Under the pieces are notes generated by a model, which was given only the letters and a program-made list of their open reading frames with translations, had not been told where the DNA came from and searched no databases. The position numbers were made by a program, and so were the translations under genes. Below are positions 39,008-49,521 of a stretch of 49,521 nucleotides of DNA, one piece after another; position 1 is the first letter of the stretch; each line of letters opens with the position of its first letter. Origin of the DNA: Adineta ricciae (Eukaryota); the NCBI GenBank assembly GCA_905250025.1, contig CAJNOJ010000414.1, positions 14,138-63,658 on the forward strand, read 5' to 3'.

Positions 39008-39471
39008 GGTTTAGGAACGAATGAACAGGAATGCAATGCATTTATATGTGAGAGTACCAGGTCATATAACATGAATTGAAAACTAGAAAAGAGACAATTG
39101 ATGACCTAAGCAGTTCATTTACTATTTAACAGACGCAATTATTTTGGAACAATAGAATCGGAAAGCCAGCGAGCTCTCTTTTTCATCATTTATAAGTTAA
39201 AGCTCCGTAGTTTAGAAACGCGAAGGTCTGTGTCGACCTCATAAAAAAAAACTATTCTATTTTGTCATCTGTACTTTGTGGTGCAACCAATCTATATATA
39301 ATTTTATATTTATTTGTTCGATATAGAGGTCATTCATATATGAGGAGTGAGTTTTTGCTTCGTGAAAGTGTTCAGAACTGGAACAAAATCGGCATCTTGA
39401 GTTACAACAAAGAAGGATAGAAGCCATGCGGTTGGTCTGATGGTGATCATGTGTTTCGCTTGAATTGACAT

Positions 39472-39543
39472 GGCCTGATGGTCTAATGGTATGATTCTCG
39501 CTTTGGGTGCGAGAGGCTCCGGTTTCGATCACCGGTCAGGCCC
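39472..39543 (+). tRNA. tRNA-Pro (anticodon UGG)
   Basis: A cloverleaf is readable by eye: acceptor GGCCTGA/TCAGGCC, D-arm GTCTAATGGTATGAT, anticodon stem CTCGC/GCGAG with loop TTTGGGT (anticodon TGG), and T-arm CCGGT-TTCGATC-ACCGG. The discriminator is C, with no encoded CCA, as expected for a eukaryote. Confidence 0.8.
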
Positions 39544-39550
39544 AACTTTC

Positions 39551-39568
39551 TTTTTTCGGTCTCTCTCT
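39551..39568. repeat. (CT)n microsatellite just 3' of tRNA-Pro
   Basis: The run tctctctctctctctt is visible directly. Confidence 0.7.
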
Positions 39569-39815
39569 CTCTCTTTCCTTTTGTCTATTCACATACGATT
39601 ATCTGTTACCTCTTGTGATATATCTAAAGATTCAGCTTCGGCTTTCTCTGATGACAGGTAAAAGAAAGAAAAAAAAACTGCTCAGAATACGTTTGTTTGT
39701 TTTTTATTTTTATTTAACTTGATCTTAAACAATGGATGACAAAAATCATCGAAACGATGTTTTTTCTATATTTGAATTTCTTTTTTTCTCACGCGAATGG
39801 TTTTCTCTTCTTATT

Positions 39816-40244
39816 TTAAGCTTTAACAGCATATGTGCGTTGTGGAAAAGCCCATTGTCGTCGTTGAATTTTCTTCAATCGAATCGATTTCTCCTTGGGT
39901 GTCAACAGACGTCGAATAGCTCGTGTTTTGCGTTGTCGTAAATCTTTTGGCTTGTATTTCTTGCCATGATATAAAGCACGTAAATTGTCTTTGGTTGTTT
40001 GATGTGTAACAATGAGGACACGTGCAATTGATTTGCGAACATTGCGAATTTTGCCAAGTTTTTGAGCACCACCGCTGCCAGTAACTTTACCAACCCGGAG
40101 AGTGTTCAATTCTTGACGTAATTCTACTAATTGTTTTTGAAGTTCATCTGAAAGAAAATAACCAATCAATGACGATTTGTTGTGTATTTAGAGATCCTTA
40201 CCGGGCTTTTTGCCACGTATTTGTGAACATTTGACACGAGTCAT
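39816..40244 (-). CDS. RPL35: 60S ribosomal protein L35 (uL29); 2 exons.
   Basis: Exon 1 ([14 protein letters not shown]) is joined through a 54-nt gtaagg..ag intron to [45 protein letters not shown]...[20 protein letters not shown]...AVKA-stop. It is collinear with human RPL35. Confidence 0.9.
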
Positions 40245-40771
40245 TGTCTGACCGAAGATCTAGAATAAGACGTAGATGTGTATAGATGAATATCAGGTTG
40301 AAAATTCTCAAGGAAAAGTGCGAATAAGATGAATGAATTTGTTTCAGTTACAAATAATGATGATTCAGTTGATTCATTGACTGGTTAATATTGATTCCAA
40401 TTCAATTAGAAACTCTTCTAACTCCTCCTCGATATTCGAAAAGATTCATTTATATAAATCATATTTCGATTTTATTTTTCAGTATCAATCACGATTTACA
40501 ACAGAATTTTTTCATTAATTTTACATCGTCGATAGATGTCGCATATAACCGAACATAACATAGATCGTGACTTGGCGGCTTAGAGATTTTCACGCTGCTG
40601 ATATGATAATGAAAAGTTGAGTTATTATCTGAATGTGTGTACATATATGTTTATTTATCAAATCCCTTTTGTTCTACATCGAATAAAAAATACAAGTACA
40701 TATAAATTGAAATGCTGGAGTAATAAAGATAAAAATAAGGAAAAGATTGATCATTCTCAAACTGTGCATAG

Positions 40772-42803
40772 TTTATGAGAAAGCGTTTTTCACCGTCTGT
40801 TGTGCTGTTTGTTTAACCACTTTTCGCGCGATCTGAAAAATAACAACAATTACAAATATGCAAAGCCAAAGCCAATGTTATTTTTACCGATTTTGGACCA
40901 AGTCCTCCGACATAGTATGCTGTTAATGCACTATTACCAATTGCATATGCTGCATTTTCAGTTAGAACTGAAGCATCTTCACCGTATCTATAAAAGACAC
41001 GATGGTTAACGGCACGGGACAAGTTATTTTCTTACTTATGCTTAACAACACTGACACTTTCACTAGCAATATTCGCTGCCAAGTGTTTTGCGGCATTCTC
41101 ACAACTTTCATAAATAACACCGAAACCTTTTGAAAAAAAGACAAAAACACGTCGAATCTAAATGTCATATAGGATTTGAATAATTATTCAAGTTTACTGA
41201 TTAATCCGGCGTGTCCAACACCTCGGAGACCGCTTAATTTAACCGTTTCGATTGTACCATCTGGTTTAACTCTTTTCTCGACTTTACCAAGATTCGGAGC
41301 GAATGTTCGTGCCAATGCCAATGTCATCGAACCAACTTTCGATACTACAAAGAAATTATGATGAATCCAAATCGAAAGTTCTCTTTTCATTCTTACCAAC
41401 ATAGGTACTTGCTTTAACAGCTACACCCGATGTAGTACGTAAACCACGAGCAGTAACGTGTAAGCCTTTACTGACTTTTGTTGGTTGAGCATTAGGTACG
41501 ATTTTATCGTGAACATTTTTGGATACTTGTTCGATTAAGTTTTCAGCCATAACAACACCTGTTGCTAATTGTTTTGTTAAAAACTTCGTTCCTAAATAAG
41601 GCATTCATAAGAAAAGAAAATGAAAATGTGAAATTGTACCAGTAATGAGTGCTGCGGCAAGTTTTCCACTTGCTGTATTTGTATCATAAGGAAGTTCTTC
41701 TTCGACAGCAGCTTCTTCTTCGCCAATGATCTCAGCTTTTCTAGTCGATGACTCCTTTGTTTGACGGGAAACTGTTGCAACCAATTCCGGCTTGTTTGTT
41801 GCCGATTTTTCAGCTAATTTGACAGCACCACTTGTTGGAGCAGCAGTTAGAGACTCGCCATACTAAATCAATAAATAGACTCAAATAGGCACACATATTT
41901 AAAGACACGTACTGTTGGTGTACCGTTTTGAGCCATGAAAACGGAAAGTTTCGAAAGAACATCTTCGAAGAAATGACGAATATCTGGTATAACCGATTCA
42001 TCGAACATAAGGCCAACAAATTCTCCTACGAAAACGAATTTTGTCAGATGAGAAAATTCTTCTTTTTCTGATTTCCTTACCAATGGATGTATTGTTTGGA
42101 AAAATATACGCATCATAGCCAGTTTTGAATGATGGAGATACTTTTGGATGTAGTGGATAAATCCAACTACCCAGTTTCAATAAACCACATGTTTCATCTC
42201 CTTCGCTAAAATGCATATGTATACATAGAGTTGGTTTAGTTGCCTTTTTCGAATAACATACCTCATTTCGAATATTGTCAATGGTAAAGATTCCGATGTA
42301 GTTTGAATTGATCCATCTTTCGCTATATAAAATAGTCGTGCTCCCTCATCTAACTGGAACAAAACAGTTGCATTGCTATTCTCCGGTGTCATATCGGAAG
42401 TGACTGGTTCGAATGCTGATGGATCTTCGAAAACCTGTTCAGCCATTTCGGTTAAATCCTGCTCATTGATTGTTTGCGGTACATGATCTGACAATTGACG
42501 AACCATATTTTGATAGATGCTATTGGAATCTTTTGATCGGTTTTGTTGCAATGAAGATTGAAGTAAATGTTGATTGGCATTACGTTTTATTGCATTTAAT
42601 TCTTCATCGACAGCAGATGTATTCTCATGTGAACTGATCAAGGAAACCACACGTTTGTACAGAACAGATGCTTCATCGTATTGCTGATTCTTTTCCAGAT
42701 TAGTTGCGCGTTGTAGATAATCATTTGCTTCACGTTTAAGACTAGCAGCAGTAGCTTCTGGTCTTGGATTAAGTTTTTGAAATAATGCACTCATTGTAGC
42801 CAT
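40772..42803 (-). CDS. Spartin-like protein (MIT domain plus plant-related senescence domain); multi-exon.
   Basis: The N-terminus has an MIT three-helix motif (ANDYLQRATNLEKNQQYDEASVLYKRVVSLI). The C-terminal exons match the spartin senescence domain (VSKGLHVTARGLRTTSGVAVKASTYV..., ENAAKHLAANIASESVSVVKHKYGEDASVLTENAAYAIGNSALTAYYVGGLGPKS / IARKVVKQTAQQTVKNAFS-stop; compare human ...VQTVRYKYGYNAGEATHHAVDSAVNVGVTAYNINNIGIKAMVKKTATQTG). Confidence 0.78.
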
Positions 42804-43589
42804 TTTACTCTAGAAATGAAGATAACGAAATTGATTTATACAATATTATACTATATATATACACGTATACAATCAATGAATAACCGAGAGGAATAGCTCT
42901 ATGTAAATATGATTAAGATTCATTCGAGAAGCGAGGCGTCTCGTGGTGATCGATTCTTGATACTCGTGAAAAACTATGACTCATGTCCGACGGCAATTAA
43001 TCACACGAAGAGATACCTATTGGTTCAGTTTCAAATATATGCTAGATGTCACTGATAATCAGTAGCAGTGAATCACTCCAAATATCTCTTATCATACTTT
43101 CCATCACCAACTACCGTGCTCAGCCAACCGTATCAGTTTTTCATTTCGATTTTCTTGTTAACGCATGTTTATGTATATGTAAATTACGTCAGGATTTTAA
43201 AGCAAACGATTACCCATGCAATGCGATTGTGAGTTTTCCCACTTGCAGTTTTTACAAGGCAAAAAACTTACGAAGGGTGTCAGTGAACAGCTGGACAATT
43301 CTTGGCATAGGGAACGTGAAAACGAATGTTTTGAGAGAGATTATTCATTAAATGAAATACGCGTGAAAAAAATCACCAACGAGTTCTTTTGTTCTTCTTT
43401 GCAAATATGAGTAACTTGGCTTTTTCCAACATGCAAAGAGGGATGAGAGGGAGTTGTATTTTTTTTTTAAAACTAGCGCGATAAACGACTTGAAAGACAC
43501 TGTGTTATTGTTAAAGTGAGCAGAATAAACTTCGAATCCTGAGGAAGACAACCAATTTTCAATCTCAGTAATAGAAAAGCATAATCACC
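42804..43589. promoter_or_regulatory. Bidirectional promoter region between spartin (-) and orphan ORF A (+).
   Basis: The two start codons diverge and are about 790 bp apart. This is inferred from orientation only. Confidence 0.3.
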
Positions 43590-44057
43590 ATGCCTTTTGA
43601 ATTAAAAATAATTATTTATGGTGATTGGGCGAGTATTGAAAAGCATGAATGGAACCTACCGTTACCTGTTAAATTCGCCTCTTCTTGGACAAAACTCCAA
43701 GAATTTATCGATGGTCAGCCAGAAAGCGTGTCCTACTTTCTAATATTGCTTTCCTTATCCGGTGAAACTTTTGAAGCAGTACTGAGTCGAATACTATGTC
43801 TAAAAAATATAGTTCGGACGTTCGTGTATGATAACAAATACCACCAATATCTAATCAATCAGCGCGACATATACCAACTTCCCAGACGTCGTGTCACATA
43901 TTCAACAACATGGCACGCTATATGTACTTTTGAATCTCAATCTGAGCAGTCCCTTCCAACTGATCTCAATCGCGTCGTAGCCGTTACCGAGCAAAATGTT
44001 TATAGTTTGAAAAGATGGCTGCAGACAAATGATAAAGTACTCAGGAAATTTTGTTGA
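43590..44057 (+). CDS. Orphan ORF A (155 aa), no recognisable family.
   Basis: Intact ATG-to-stop ORF immediately downstream of the divergent spartin promoter. It has balanced composition and no low-complexity character. Its codon and AT usage is similar to neighbouring genes. I could not assign a domain (sequence: KIIIYGDW...ILLSLSGETFEAVLSRILCLKNIVRTFVY). Confidence 0.4.
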   Translation: MPFELKIIIYGDWASIEKHEWNLPLPVKFASSWTKLQEFIDGQPESVSYFLILLSLSGETFEAVLSRILCLKNIVRTFVYDNKYHQYLINQRDIYQLPRRRVTYSTTWHAICTFESQSEQSLPTDLNRVVAVTEQNVYSLKRWLQTNDKVLRKFC

Positions 44058-44307
44058 CGAAAGAAATTTGTAGCAAAATTAAAATTTAGGTCGAAGCTTG
44101 TGATGTACTGATCATTCCGGTTCATTCAACTCAAGCTAATCTTCTAGATTTTCAACAAAAAATGATCGAATTTTGTAATTAGATATCGTTCATTTTGATT
44201 CGAATACATTGTTTATATTTCATTATAGGGATAACTTTTGGAGCCGGTTTCGAACTGAGAGTTTGTACACTCTCAGATTATATCTGTTCAGATAATTATT
44301 CTAACAA

Positions 44308-44767
44308 AATGTCAGAGAAAGAGAAAGTGTTCGTCGATGAACAGAATAAGAAGATTTGCCACCTTCTAAAAAAAAATCTAGCACCTATACGAATATACCT
44401 CGTTGCAAACGAAGAAAATATCTCCGATCAATGGAGTGAATACATGATCAGTCAAGAATCTATAAATCATGATCAATACTCTTTACCATATGATGATCGT
44501 TGTACCTGTTATGAACATGAACCTGTCACTGATACAAACCTACAACGATTAAAAGCATCTAACAGCGCTTTGAAAAACTTGACAAGGCCAATGTTACGAC
44601 GTGTGGATGGTCTCACGGATAATGGTTTAGAATGCGCCCGATTCCTCGATGCACTGGATAGTGGTTCCATTACTATGAAACAACGAGAGATGGTTGCTAA
44701 CATTGAATTAAGCGAATGGTCAATATATCGTTATAATACAACTACGATGTATAGTAGTGAAGTATGA
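44308..44767 (+). CDS. Orphan ORF B (about 150 aa from MSEKEK), no recognisable family.
   Basis: An ORF in the same orientation lies about 250 bp after ORF A. The first plausible Met is at 44308; the listed ORF begins at 44195 with a hydrophobic stretch. I recognise no domain. It may be a separate small gene or a 3' exon of ORF A through a splice I could not resolve. Confidence 0.33.
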
Positions 44768-46856
44768 GAAGAAATGAGAAAATTTGTTTCAATCGGTTTT
44801 TCATTGAATATTTCTAGCTTCGCAACGTTGTTCAACCTGAAGATCATCGTCCTAGTTTAGTAAATCCTACTGGTGATATAAATAGTGCGATTTTAGAGAA
44901 TGATCACTAAACTTTATCATATCTAACGAGCGTATGAATATTTTTGAACGTATGTGATACGTATATATATTTATACTTTGTATAACGAAGTCTAAACAAA
45001 GCTTGTACATTTTTTTTATAGCACTTTTTAATAAGACGGTCAGGAGAAAGCAAATAATTACTCTCAATACACGCGTTTCACAGGGATATTCCAGTTGTGC
45101 GCGAAAAATGTTTTTGTCTAATAAAAGCACGTCTGTCGAACAACGAACGGGCATTGACATGTTCAGAAACGTGTGTATTTATGTATATGTGCTTACTGAA
45201 GCAGATCGGTATATTTTGCATCAGCAATCAGCAACAATGTTTTGTCTAGTGGTAGAAATAGTGCGACATCAAAGTTAATTCGAAGATATTGATCACTCGT
45301 GTTCTCCACAAAGGAAAGTTAGAGCGATGACTGTATGGCGTGTAATATGACGTTGTATATACGAAACTTATTCTGTACATGCCAGCGGCCAAAGTACACC
45401 TTGCTAATCTAAAAATATATGATTACTGTAAATTTTTCTCTCTCTGGAGAACAATATACAACTGCGCAATTATTGAATTATTGTCCAGTTATCGAAACAG
45501 CGTCAAGGTAGCTTTTAGGTACGACTACAAAATAACTTGACAATGAAAATACGTTTTTGACGGGTGTTATGTGAGAAAAAGAAAGAAATGTATTTCTATC
45601 ACCAGAATCTTCTATTGTCCTTCAGAAATGATTACGCTGTGTTATCGTATTAAACATCTGTTTCGTAGTGAAACGAAAAGTTCATTTCGCGAAGTTGTTT
45701 TCTCTAATCCACTGTTTTCACGTTCTATAGATATTCTATACTCAAACACGTGAATCGATGTTTACGCATATCTGTCATAAAAGAGAAAGTAAATCAATGG
45801 AAGAAAAATCGATAGGACAATCTAATTTTTATCATTATCCAATATCCATCAAAGGTAAACGTAAGGCTTCTTTTGTTCTACTTATCGTTGCCTATGCAAG
45901 ATAAGTATCACATTATTTTTCTTATGAAATAAATCTTTTTTTTTTACCAAGGAAAACAAGTGATTGGATTGTTTCAGAATAGAAACAATACGCTCTTGCA
46001 TTTTCAATACGCACATTCATGCGTTCGTAGTTGCACTATTTCATATTTACACTGTATGTCCGTAATCGAATGTTTCCATTTATATTTGAGATTTGAATAT
46101 TCAATTAATGTCGCGACTAAACACGAATGACATTGTATGTGACAAAAGAACTCGATTCGTGCCATGCAACGATTGAAACGGTCGGATTGACATTCGTTCG
46201 ATTTAAATGAGTAAAAGAATCGAAACGCTCTTGACTTCCACATTGAAGAAATTTCTTTTTGTTTACAAGCTATCTGTACCATACGCAATACTAGTATTTC
46301 TGTCAAGAAAACTAAAACCGTGAGGTAATGACTCAGTAGCGGAATTTTTTCTCGTACAGTCTGTATTTCTAATTCGTTTGATTAGTTTTTCTATCGAATG
46401 ACACAGTGTATCTAAGCTGCATTCATTCTGGATGCTTGTCAATGTACAGCAAAATAGTTACTGTTGAGCCATTCAAACTGCATCGTAGACAGAGGTATGA
46501 AAAAGAAAAGATGAGTGCATTTTGAAGATGACTTTTATCTCGTGAGTGTATTCTTTTTTTGTTCTATTTGGTGTATTACTTGGGCACATTTTTCTTTCAA
46601 ATTCATATTTTTGTCGTAGCCAAGGTTGAGTATTGTATGCACACAAGGGAGAGAACTATGTCATAAACGAAAAAGAAACAAGAAAGGTAGGCTTAGCGAC
46701 ACGTTTGATGATTAGTTATCGGGCATGATTGAATGTATATATCGTCTTTTTTTGCTATATTCAAGATAAAATTGTACTTTTGAAACATATTGATTTTCTT
46801 TTCTAGTATTGTTGCCTAATTTACGATAGTATTACTTTTCACAAGATTTCCGGCCG

Positions 46857-48101
46857 ATGTCATTCCAAAAGTGTGCACTTGGAGACGCCACAATCTCGGA
46901 CAGACACTATTCATCATCATCGCATTTAGAAATCATTCTGGACGATCATTCCAACTGTGACTCGATATTTGACGATTACAATAGTTCAGTATGGTACGTT
47001 GATTTTGAGGAGAAAATCGAGATTTTACCTGAATTGTTCTATTTCCTAGCGAGCCAAAAACTAGCACGACGAAAGACAAACATAATGCACATCAACGACA
47101 CAAGAAAAGAATACTGAAAGTGAGTCACGGATCGATTGAGTTAAAGAAGAAAGTAGTTTGATACTTTAGACACCGAAGCCGCATCGATTGATCGAAAAAC
47201 GTCGTCGTGATCGAATGAATTCGAGTTTGAGCACTCTCTTAAATTTAGTTCCTCACCAAAAAAACGAGGTAAAACATTGAATGTTTCAATTCATTTCACC
47301 AACAACATCGTTATAGAACCATAAACGTGTTGAAAAGACGGAGATTGTCGAAATGGCAATTAAATACATTCACACAATACTAGCAAACAACCAAAAAACC
47401 GGTAAAAATCGACTGGGAGTGTTTCCATTTACTATGTATTACTTCATACTTAGCTGACACACTGAATGCCGAAAAACAAACGATTATCAAACTCAATGCG
47501 TATCGTTCTGGTTATCTCAATTGTATATGTGATGCATATGAACATTTCGAAAAGCAACCTGCTCATCAACGAATCCTTCCGGACTTCGTGAAATTCAGCA
47601 CTAATAAAGAAATCGAATTAAATGATTTAATTGGTTAGACATATACTTAAAACCGATCGTTTGTAAAATTCGTTTTCTTACATAGATCTACCAGAGAAAA
47701 AAACGCTTCTGAAAGCCCGAGCACGATCTACAGGTCATGGCGAACAAATGTGCTCCGCGTCCGATGTACAGTCAATGACTGAGTCTGACTACGAAGTTCA
47801 ATTTCCAATAGATGATGGTGAGAATTATCCTAAGCAAATTAAAGTTCCCATATTTGTTTTACATCCATCGGGAACACATTATGTTCCTATGCATATTGAC
47901 TCGTCCGTTGTTTCTCATGTGTTTCGAAAGAAACCCAACGCTTCACATCCGTCGTGTGCAAATGAGAAAGCTCACTGTCATCCAATATCGATACCGATCA
48001 ACTTTACTCCAGAGCCAATCGTGTTTGAACCTTGTAGACTTGACCTTCAAAATATAAACGTTATCGGAACAAAACATCAAGCAAGCGTCAGACTTCATTA
48101 A
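46857..48101 (+). CDS. Hairy/E(spl)/Hey-related bHLH-Orange transcription factor; about 5 exons; exon 1 assignment tentative.
   Basis: Exon 2 (from 47170) reads TPKPHRLIEKRRRDRMNSSLSTLLNLVPHQKNE and exon 3 reads NHKRVEKTEIVEMAIKYIHTILANNQKT. Together these give a basic region with Pro plus helix-loop-helix matching HES1 (KPIMEKRRRARINESL...KLEKADILEMTVKHL). Exon 4 is Orange-like (NAYRSGYLNCICDAYEHFEKQ), and exon 5 is 47748-48101. A phase-compatible exon 1 (46857-46988, MSFQKC...DDYNSS, donor gtatgg) is proposed. There is no terminal WRPW/YRPW; the protein ends VRLH. Confidence 0.6.
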
Positions 48102-49293
48102 CAATGTAGATTCGTATTTTTGCATTTTAATATCTTTTTTTGTTTGTTTTCTTTATACAAATAAGAGAAATAAAAATTCTCGACTAAAAAAAGAACTTAT
48201 CGCATTATGTACTAATGAAAATTTACTTAATATAGATAAAATTTAGACTCGAATGATAATTTTTGTACAGGTAAAAGGATGGCATGGACATGTTCTTCAA
48301 GTACAAAACACTAACAAAAGAACTTTCAACAACATTTTTGGATCTGTTGATACCTTTGACGTTCACTCTTGATGTGCAACGAGGATCATGTCTAATGTAG
48401 GTCACATCACGAGGACAAAAATCTTGACGCGACTTACCTTCTTTTAGAAAATCCAAACGACTTTACTTATCGGTATTGTCTGCAAGAACAGTATACATGA
48501 CGTTTGAAAGAGTTAGCTCGTTTTCTCTGGTGTCGAAAGAACAGAATGTCTAGAAGATGTTCAATATGGAGGTAAGCGACAGTTGGAGAGTATGAAAGTC
48601 CAATTGTGCAAGAGTATGTAATCGATTTTTAATACAGTTTTTGTTATCGAGGTACAAAAGCTAAAGACAAGGGGAAATGCTACGATCTAAGCACATGATC
48701 AGAAGAATTAAAAATGAATCTCTCGTTCGTGATATGTTCATTTTTTTCACATTGAAGGCAACATCTTGTCCTACTCGACGACATGTTAAATCTGTTCGTT
48801 CTTTCTGTCTCTCTTGTACCTATACACGTCATCCAAATGTGTGAGTGAATACGTAATGTAAGTCAGTTGAACAGAAGTTTTATATTAGTCAAGTGTACGG
48901 AAGATTTCTTCATATAAAACAATTGACATTAGGAGAACAAAGATAAGACGAGTTCTATTGTTTAATATGACATCTGGAAGATAGAAATCGATAAAACACG
49001 ACGATAGGGGAGATACTTTTTTGCTTTCACTTGTGCAATTTAAGTAAGTTTCACCAAGAAAAATATTGATATCCTTGAGCGAGAAAGAAAAACGCTTTAC
49101 TCTTCATTTGAGACAGTCAACAAGAATCTTCTCTTATTTCTCAAATATGTACAAGATACATAGATTTTAATCAAAGATCAAATATCTTTTTAGTTCCAAG
49201 CGAAACATTTCAATGATGCTCAATTGTCTTAACGGCGTAAGTCACCGTATCCAATCTGTTTTCATGTGTTTATACCTGTGAGAAAAGAAAACA

Positions 49294-49321
49294 CATCGGG
49301 AGAGAGGGAGAGAGAGAGAGA
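49294..49321. repeat. (GA)n-rich microsatellite
   Basis: The run gggagagagggagagagagagagaag is visible directly. Confidence 0.7.
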
Positions 49322-49521
49322 AGCCAATTTGATATTGTCAATCATAATTTTCTTCCCTCTATTCTCATATAAAATATACTTGCCATTTTTCTTTTCACCT
49401 TGGATGCTCAAATATTTGTCTCGTTTTTATTACATACAATGTTATTGTAGTATCGTCATTCGTCTTCGTTGCCTGTCAATACATTGTATTTTCGACCTAA
49501 CCTTCTCAAGTCGAATGATAT

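Noticed and set aside
46004-46306. Cys-rich 100-aa minus ORF upstream of the bHLH gene.
   Set aside because: It has no knottin or zinc-finger spacing pattern that I can recognise. It lies in AT-rich putative regulatory DNA and is probably spurious.

Overview
This window is eukaryotic, not prokaryotic. It is an AT-rich, very compact metazoan nuclear segment carrying about 22 protein-coding genes and one tRNA in 49.5 kb. Almost all genes are split by many short spliceosomal introns of about 45-70 bp with GT..AG ends; the one long exception is a roughly 410 bp intron in RPB2. Intergenic spacers are often only 150-350 bp. I saw no transposon, rRNA, CRISPR or operon-like structure. I read each gene's identity directly from the translated exons.

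In order along the window:
- SUN-domain inner-nuclear-membrane protein (+)
- two divergent major vault protein (MVP) paralogs arranged tail-to-tail (+ then -)
- an SLC35/TPT-family transporter (-)
- sulfite oxidase with an N-terminal cytochrome b5 domain (+)
- an intronless orphan rhodopsin-like GPCR (+)
- a Disabled (Dab) PTB-domain adaptor (+)
- a soluble single-domain angiotensin-converting-enzyme-like M2 peptidase (+)
- HINT histidine-triad protein (-)
- CRIPT (-)
- a PAN2-like gene that appears to encode only the WD40 and linker part (-)
- LSM1 (-)
- a type II alternative NADH dehydrogenase, NDH-2 (-)
- RNA polymerase II subunit RPB2 (+)
- a small two-Ig-domain secreted protein (-)
- a second GPCR with 3 exons (-)
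- tRNA-Pro(UGG) (+)
- ribosomal protein L35 (-)
- spartin, with MIT and senescence domains (-)
- two consecutive orphan ORFs (+)
- a Hairy/E(spl)-like bHLH-Orange transcription factor (+)

The gene content (MVP, Dab, ACE, SUN, Ig, spartin, HES-like) together with the tiny introns and AT richness points to a compact-genome invertebrate, possibly a rotifer-like lophotrochozoan. I cannot confirm that without a database search.

The items most worth a second look are:
- the convergent MVP paralog pair and a structured, T-run-terminated element between them
- a PAN2 homolog lacking its catalytic domains, sitting next to LSM1
- an animal NDH-2 with a degenerate EF-hand and a Gly/Tyr-rich segment
- two orphan ORFs downstream of a bidirectional spartin promoter

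All exon and gene boundaries are hand-derived and approximate.
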